Shown: positions 34,867 to 39,996 of the stretch, in pieces
Layout of the letters: every line of letters starts with the position of its first letter
Position numbering within the stretch: the stretch's first letter is position 1
Source of the DNA: a virus
Taxonomy: Duplodnaviria > Caudoviricetes
IMG/VR virus record: IMGVR_UViG_3300020045_007235
Location: 1-39,996 of that record
Length of the DNA: 39,996 nucleotides
Direction: 5' to 3' (one strand)
Translations under genes and position numbers: made by a program
The notes under the pieces: generated by a model
The model's database searches: none
What the model was told of the DNA's origin: nothing
The model's input: only the letters and a program-made list of their open reading frames with translations

Positions 34867-36477
34867 ATGTCCTATGGTCGCATAAACAGAGACAAGATCA
34901 CACGTCAACCAAGGCAACAATATCCGGTAACCAATAATGACATTGGTAAGGGTCTTGTTGCTCTTGCAATTCCTGCTATACAGTATGATCTAAAGACACG
35001 TAAAGCAGTCACCTATAGTGGTAATGCGCTTTTAGATCAGGATTTCAATGGTAACTATTGGCATGGTGCAGCCACGAATTCACCTGTTGATATTGGAGCT
35101 ACAGCTGGCTTAAGCTCAGTCTTAGATCAAACCAGGCCTTGGTCTATAGCTACAAAAATATTTCTTGATGACATAACGACATCACAAGAATATGTTGGCG
35201 ACATGAACGCAGCAGGGGCTAACCGAAGCATCGAGCTTTTGGTTAGTGCTGGTGTTCTATATGCTATCGGTTACGGCACAACCAACTCGCAAGCTACATA
35301 TACACTGCCAAGCACAGGCATGTATGATGTGATGGTTGTCAGTTCTGGTGGGAGTGGTTTTACTATATCACTCTATGTTAACGGTGTTCTGGTAAACACA
35401 GGAGCAGCAGCAACAGGCACACAATCAGCTGGTACAACACTGAGACTTATGAGTCCAGGCGCTTACACAGGTGGTTTTGGTGCGCTAGGGCACATGTATT
35501 ATTGCGCTTTCTTCCAGGGTGATAAGTCAAAATATGCCAAAGACCTCTATAAAAACCCTTGGCAATTACTCGATGGTACAACATCAAATTATGGATTCTT
35601 TAGCCAGACTACAATAACTGGCACATTAGCCACAACTAACGCCAATGACACACTCGCTGCGAGTGGCACAACTACAATTGTAGGCACACTTGCTCGCACA
35701 AATAGTAATGATACTTCAGCAGCGTCAGGAACCACTACTATTGTAGGCTCTCTTGCAAGAACCAACACCAATGACACTGTAAGCGCATCTGGAACGACAA
35801 CTGTAACCGGATCATCATCAACAACTAATGCCAATGATACTCTAGTAGCATCCGGAAGTGTTGGAAGCGCTGTTAGCGGCACTCTTGCGTATGTAAACAT
35901 CAATGACACACTCGCGGCAACTGGAACGACTACAATCACAGGAACATTAGCAATAACAAACGCTAATGATTCAGTTGTAGCCAACGGCTCGCCTGTAATT
36001 GTCGGTAGTTTATCAACAACAAACAGCAATGATACTATTGTCGCTAGCGGTGCTGTTGGTGATGCTATTATTGGTACTGTATCCGTAACCAATGCTAACG
36101 ACACATTAGTGGCTACAGGAACAACCACGATAACAGGCTCATTAGCAAAGACTAACATCAATGACACATTGTCAGCATCAGGAACTACAACAATTGTCGG
36201 CTCAGCTTCAATCACAAATGCTAACGACACACTTGCGGCCAGTGGATCAGCTACAGGATCGACAACACTAACAGCTCAAGACCTGCTTGACATTGCCGAT
36301 GCTGTATGGGCGCATAGTACAGCCATACACTTTGAGTTATTGCTTACTGAAGCATGGGGAAGGTTAGGACTCGATATAACTGCACCGTTGGTCAGTGGGC
36401 AAACAGAAATAAGCTTCGGTTCAATTGTGATGGCATTAACTGAAGCGAGTGGAACTGTAACCTGCGCTAGACAATGA
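34867..36477 (+). CDS. LamG/ConA-like domain plus Thr-rich repeat stalk protein
   Basis: WSIATKI, TISLYVNGV, LYKNPWQL are ConA-like features. Followed by 10 repeats of G(T/S)L..TN.NDT..ASG and a C-terminal IADAVW...LGLD segment. Confidence 0.7.
   Translation: MSYGRINRDKITRQPRQQYPVTNNDIGKGLVALAIPAIQYDLKTRKAVTYSGNALLDQDFNGNYWHGAATNSPVDIGATAGLSSVLDQTRPWSIATKIFLDDITTSQEYVGDMNAAGANRSIELLVSAGVLYAIGYGTTNSQATYTLPSTGMYDVMVVSSGGSGFTISLYVNGVLVNTGAAATGTQSAGTTLRLMSPGAYTGGFGALGHMYYCAFFQGDKSKYAKDLYKNPWQLLDGTTSNYGFFSQTTITGTLATTNANDTLAASGTTTIVGTLARTNSNDTSAASGTTTIVGSLARTNTNDTVSASGTTTVTGSSSTTNANDTLVASGSVGSAVSGTLAYVNINDTLAATGTTTITGTLAITNANDSVVANGSPVIVGSLSTTNSNDTIVASGAVGDAIIGTVSVTNANDTLVATGTTTITGSLAKTNINDTLSASGTTTIVGSASITNANDTLAASGSATGSTTLTAQDLLDIADAVWAHSTAIHFELLLTEAWGRLGLDITAPLVSGQTEISFGSIVMALTEASGTVTCARQ
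35611..36261 (+). repeat. Ten in-frame repeats of 21-23 codons
   Basis: Unit such as TIVGTLARTNSNDTSAASGTT, with an invariant N-x-N-D-(T/S) core. Confidence 0.9.
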
Positions 36478-36851
36478 TCAATCCACGTGCAATAGTCACA
36501 TTAGGACTAGGGTTTGATAGTCTATCAAAGGCAACAATTGGCTTTGTTACCCAAGCAGCAGAAATATTTTATCCTTACTTTGGTGCTGCTGGCGATTACA
36601 GGCACGAAGACAAAAGAAAACCAAAGCCAAGAATAGTAAAAAAGGTAATAAAAGAAGTTGCAAAAGAGTTATTACCAAAAAAGAAAATAATACCAAAATA
36701 TTATACTGAGACCATTGATGTTAACAGAATATCAGCATTAATACAGTATGATACAATGGTAAAAGCCAGGGAATATATCAGAAATGAGATAGAGCGAAAG
36801 ATAAGGCAAGAACAGGATGAGGAAGATTTTTTAATGTTGATGTTTTTATAA
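36474..36851 (+). CDS. Hypothetical protein closing the portal-adjacent module
   Basis: MINPRAIVTLGLG N-terminus, Lys-rich middle, acidic-then-hydrophobic tail QDEEDFLMLMFL. Confidence 0.65.
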   Translation: MINPRAIVTLGLGFDSLSKATIGFVTQAAEIFYPYFGAAGDYRHEDKRKPKPRIVKKVIKEVAKELLPKKKIIPKYYTETIDVNRISALIQYDTMVKAREYIRNEIERKIRQEQDEEDFLMLMFL

Positions 36852-36855
36852 TATT

Positions 36856-37161
36856 ATGACAATAAAAAAGAATAGCGAAACTATAGAGGATGATGGCAAA
36901 GATAGAAGTCAGTTTTTACCATCAAGAGAAGAAAGAATAAGAACAGCTAATTATTACAAAGAGCTTCATAAAAAAAATGAAGCTTATTTAAAAATGATTG
37001 ATTCTGTGCCAGATAAAATAACATTGAAGAAACATGAGATAGTTAAATTACTGGAGACTCTGAATGATCATTTAACATATTTTAATTATGATGAAGAATA
37101 TGAACATCAAGATATAAGAGACGCTATGTTAATGATTAAATCACATTTAAAACAGGAATAA
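36856..37161 (+). CDS. AT-rich hypothetical protein
   Basis: Fills the interval before the scaffold gene. Confidence 0.55.
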   Translation: MTIKKNSETIEDDGKDRSQFLPSREERIRTANYYKELHKKNEAYLKMIDSVPDKITLKKHEIVKLLETLNDHLTYFNYDEEYEHQDIRDAMLMIKSHLKQE

Positions 37162-37164
37162 AAA

Positions 37165-37950
37165 ATGAGCGAAGTAGAAACGATTGTTGAAGAAACAATT
37201 GCACAAGAAGAACAATTAGAAGGAAGACAAGAACCAGAACAAGAATCGGAACAACAAGAAGAAAGCGAAAAAGAAAAGTACTCCAAGCGAGTACAAAAGC
37301 GCATTGATAAGCTTGAATGGGAAAAGAACGAGGAAAGAAGGCGTGCTTATGCTCTTGAGCAAGAAATAGCTCAATTAAAAGCTCCACAACAAAAGCCACA
37401 GCAAAATACAGGCGAGCCGAAAGCTGATGACTTTCCAGCGGGTAGATATGACCCTGATTATTTGTTGGCCTTAACTGAGTACAAAATACAACAATCTATT
37501 GACAATTTACAAAAATATGCTAATGTTAGTGAGCAAAGGAAATTAGTCGATTTGCAGCAACAGCAGGCAAGGCAGACCCACGATGATTATGACGATGTTA
37601 CATCAGAGTTACTTGACCATCCTCTTGCTAACGACCCTGTTTTTAATGATGCAATCCTAGCTTCTGATAATGTCGCGGAAGTTGCTTATTACTTAGGCAA
37701 AAATCCGGATCAATTAGATCACATAGCAACGCTACAAGGAAATCCAGCCAAGATGTTGAAATACATCGGAAGGATTGAAGCAATGCTAGAAAATCAAAAA
37801 TCTTTAGATAAGCCAAAACCGGTAACATCTAATGCCCCAAGACCTATCGCTCCTGTCGGCAGCGCAAAACCAGAACCAGCAACACAAGACCCTAACGATA
37901 TGCCTATTGATGCTTATATAGCTATGCGTAAGGCACAAAAAAGAACCTAA
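37165..37950 (+). CDS. Scaffolding protein
   Basis: Acidic N-terminus, VQKRIDKL, coiled coil, VAYYLGKNP, IGRIEA.L, S.AP.PI.PV...M..DAY. Precedes the coat gene. Confidence 0.85.
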   Translation: MSEVETIVEETIAQEEQLEGRQEPEQESEQQEESEKEKYSKRVQKRIDKLEWEKNEERRRAYALEQEIAQLKAPQQKPQQNTGEPKADDFPAGRYDPDYLLALTEYKIQQSIDNLQKYANVSEQRKLVDLQQQQARQTHDDYDDVTSELLDHPLANDPVFNDAILASDNVAEVAYYLGKNPDQLDHIATLQGNPAKMLKYIGRIEAMLENQKSLDKPKPVTSNAPRPIAPVGSAKPEPATQDPNDMPIDAYIAMRKAQKRT

Positions 37951-37982
37951 CACCATGACATGACTCAAGACGAGTATATAAA

Positions 37983-38168
37983 ATGGCGGAAAGGGAAATA
38001 ATAGTTAAAAAGCCACTTCCTTTTAGGCGTGGAGAGACTGTTAAAATAAATACGGATAACCTAATCGAACCAACTTTTTTGCTTATATATGATGGCATAT
38101 ATAATAAATTATATTTTGATCCATATAAAAATAGCATTATTGTTAGTAAATCGATAGGCACAAAATAA
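37983..38168 (+). CDS. AT-rich small ORF between scaffold and coat
   Basis: 61-aa ORF with a GAG RBS. Its leader resembles the coat gene leader. Confidence 0.5.
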   Translation: MAEREIIVKKPLPFRRGETVKINTDNLIEPTFLLIYDGIYNKLYFDPYKNSIIVSKSIGTK

Positions 38169-38227
38169 CCCAATTTTATGGGACTATAAGTCCCGCAGAC
38201 AAGTGACCCAAGACAGGGGATATACAA

Positions 38228-39466
38228 ATGGCTAATACCTTATTAACCTCAAGCATCATCATGAAAGAAGCATTGATGATCCTTGAAAATGATTTAACAT
38301 TCACGAAAAACGTAAACCGTGAATATGACGACAAATTCGGCGTAGCTGGCGCTAAAATCGGTGCCACAATCAACGCAAGAAAACCACCTCGCTATGTTGG
38401 CCGTACAGGACAAGCATTACAGGTTGAAGGCTCTACTGAGAACTATGTACCTATCACTCTTGACACCCAATTTGGTGTTGATATCTCTTTCAGTTCAGCC
38501 GACTTAACTCTGCACATTGACGAATTCGCAAACCGCTTCCTGAAGCCAGCAATGGCAACCATAGCAAACAAAATTGACTATGATGGCACTGGACTTTACA
38601 AAGATGTATTCCGTTACATCAACGCAAACAGCGCAGCCGGCACCTTGACTGGTGGCTCAGTAACAGCAGCTCAAGCCCAGGCTCAAATCTTAGGTGCAGG
38701 TGCGATCTTAACTGAATCAGGCGTGCCTAAAGACGGGCAACGCGGCCTTGTTATGAGTCCTAACTCAACCGCATCTGCTATCACTCCTTTGCTGGCACAA
38801 TTTAACAATGCTCAAAAAATCTCTCAAATGTTCGGTGAAGCAACTGTTGCATCACGTACATTAGGTTTTGACTGGGCAGAAGATGCCAACGTCCAGGCAT
38901 TTACTCCTTCCGCTTCTGGCGGCTTGGTTACTGGCACATCTACCGGAACTTTGACAGCATCAGGTGCAACAACTATTGCTGTCGCATCGGTTACCGCCGG
39001 CACTGTTCCACGTGGTACTGTGTTTAGTATTGCTGGCATTTATGCAATCAACCCACAATCAAGAGTTTCAACTGGTCGATTGATGCAGTTTGTTGTAACT
39101 GCGGATACTGTTGTTACAACTACCGGCACATTGCCGATTTATCCTGCCTATATTCCATCAGGTCAATTCGCGACCTGTACTGGATCGGCAGCAGGCGGAT
39201 CGTTGATTACTCTGCACTCAGGCGCAACCGGCGCAGGTCCATACGATCAAAACTTGGCTTACCATAAAGATGCTTTCACTTTGGCTACAGCTGATTTGCT
39301 GTTACCTGGTGGCGTTGATATGGCAGAACGTGCAAACCATAAAGGCGTATCAATGAGAATGATTCGCCAATATGATATCAATAGCGATATGTTCCCTGTG
39401 CGTTTCGATGTACTGTATGGTTGGAAGACTGTCTATCCTGAACTCGCTGTTCGTGTCGGCGGCTAA
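38228..39466 (+). CDS. Major capsid protein (P22 coat family)
   Basis: MAN.LLT...I.KEAL.ILEN.L, KIG.TIN.RKP, NLAYHKDAF.LA..DL..P, RFDVLYG....PE.A.R. Confidence 0.92.
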   Translation: MANTLLTSSIIMKEALMILENDLTFTKNVNREYDDKFGVAGAKIGATINARKPPRYVGRTGQALQVEGSTENYVPITLDTQFGVDISFSSADLTLHIDEFANRFLKPAMATIANKIDYDGTGLYKDVFRYINANSAAGTLTGGSVTAAQAQAQILGAGAILTESGVPKDGQRGLVMSPNSTASAITPLLAQFNNAQKISQMFGEATVASRTLGFDWAEDANVQAFTPSASGGLVTGTSTGTLTASGATTIAVASVTAGTVPRGTVFSIAGIYAINPQSRVSTGRLMQFVVTADTVVTTTGTLPIYPAYIPSGQFATCTGSAAGGSLITLHSGATGAGPYDQNLAYHKDAFTLATADLLLPGGVDMAERANHKGVSMRMIRQYDINSDMFPVRFDVLYGWKTVYPELAVRVGG

Positions 39467-39477
39467 AACAATTCATT

Positions 39478-39501
39478 AAGGTGGTAGCAATACCACCTTT
39501 T
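39478..39501 (+). terminator. Intrinsic terminator-like hairpin after the coat gene
   Basis: AAGGTGGTA-GCAA-TACCACCTT then TT (GNRA loop, short U-tract). Confidence 0.7.
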
Positions 39502-39521
39502 AACCAAAAGAGATTAAGATT

Positions 39522-39878
39522 ATGCCAGATTCAAATTATAGCGGTTTAGGGCCTGTACTCCCTATAGTAACCTACACCAGCGGATCAACCTACGCCATTA
39601 ACGCAGGTTCTGAGATCGCAGCAGGTGCGACAACTGCCAGCGCAGATATTACCTTTACCGGTGTTGCCACTACCGACAAAAACATTGCTTTTGCTCCTCG
39701 TGATGCCTATGTTATTCCAGCAGGAATAAAACTAGTATCAGCAAAAGTAACAGCAACAAACACTGTTTCTGTTGTCTGGAAAAATACCACAGATAAAGCC
39801 ATTACCCCACAAGCAGCTGCAACATGGACTCTTGTTGTCTATAAGCAGATGTATTGGGTATCAGAAAACGCAGAATAA
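39522..39878 (+). CDS. Putative capsid decoration protein (full-length allele)
   Basis: 118 aa, Thr/Ala-rich beta protein directly after the coat gene; ITFTGV.TTD...SAKVTATNTV.V.W.N.T...ITP. Confidence 0.6.
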   Translation: MPDSNYSGLGPVLPIVTYTSGSTYAINAGSEIAAGATTASADITFTGVATTDKNIAFAPRDAYVIPAGIKLVSAKVTATNTVSVVWKNTTDKAITPQAAATWTLVVYKQMYWVSENAE

Positions 39879-39927
39879 ACGCTCAATCCTCATTATAGCC
39901 AGGGAAGGCTCTTTTTTAGGCTAATAT

Positions 39928-39996
39928 ATGTCAATAGTAGTCGGTACAACAGGGCAAATAATTACTGTAGTTGACATAATTACAGCAGCTTTGCGG
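39928..39996 (+). CDS. Start of a second adaptor allele (partial, runs off the window)
   Basis: MSIVVGTTGQIITVVDIITAALR versus MSIVVGLTGQAITVVDIITAALR at 514. Confidence 0.8.
   Translation, partial: MSIVVGTTGQIITVVDIITAALR

Larger units (their letters stand above)
1..39996. mobile_element. Near-complete P22-like podovirus (tailed phage) genome, circularly permuted
   Basis: Has a terS-terL-portal-scaffold-coat-adaptor-gp10-ejection gene set in P22 order. The two window ends are homologous (115..581 vs 39529..39995). No host housekeeping genes are present. Confidence 0.95.

Noticed and set aside
35589-36230. 213-aa minus-strand ORF
   Set aside because: It is the antisense shadow of the Thr-rich repeat region.
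3027-39039. Numerous 60-130 aa track ORFs antisense to or nested within assigned genes (e.g. 3402..3608, 7061..7297, 21855..22247, 30444..30725, 38824..39039)
   Set aside because: They overlap well-supported genes and have no RBS or recognisable motif.

Overview
The window is essentially one complete, AT-rich, P22-like podovirus genome. If circularised on its end repeat, the unit length is about 39.4 kb. The late genes on the + strand run: terS, PBSX-type terL, portal, a 5-gene inserted structural module, scaffold, P22-type coat protein, decoration-like protein, then (wrapping to the window start) gp4-like adaptor, tailspike, gp10-like protein, cupin, three ejection proteins, tail fibre, second beta-helix spike, and holin plus small membrane genes. 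The leftward early block carries a Sak4-like ATPase, an SSB, a Gp157-like protein, an SF2 helicase, a DUF1064 nuclease, two HNH paralogues, a dUTPase and many small ORFs. The rightward block carries a CHC2 zinc finger and a RepA/AAA_25-type helicase followed by a TGTTAC-iteron origin. I could not recognise an integrase, CI repressor, DNA polymerase or endolysin. The most unusual items are: (1) a phage-encoded PEP-CTERM protein in an envelope-targeted operon; (2) window ends carrying two heavily synonymous-diverged alleles of the decoration gene, one fused at a 7-bp microhomology; (3) a lectin/repeat-stalk structural module between portal and scaffold; (4) an integron attC-like hairpin in front of a cassette-like gene; (5) two structured intergenic RNA candidates; (6) two adjacent early genes each apparently broken by a single base change. 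All family assignments come from motif recognition by eye, and all counts were done by hand.
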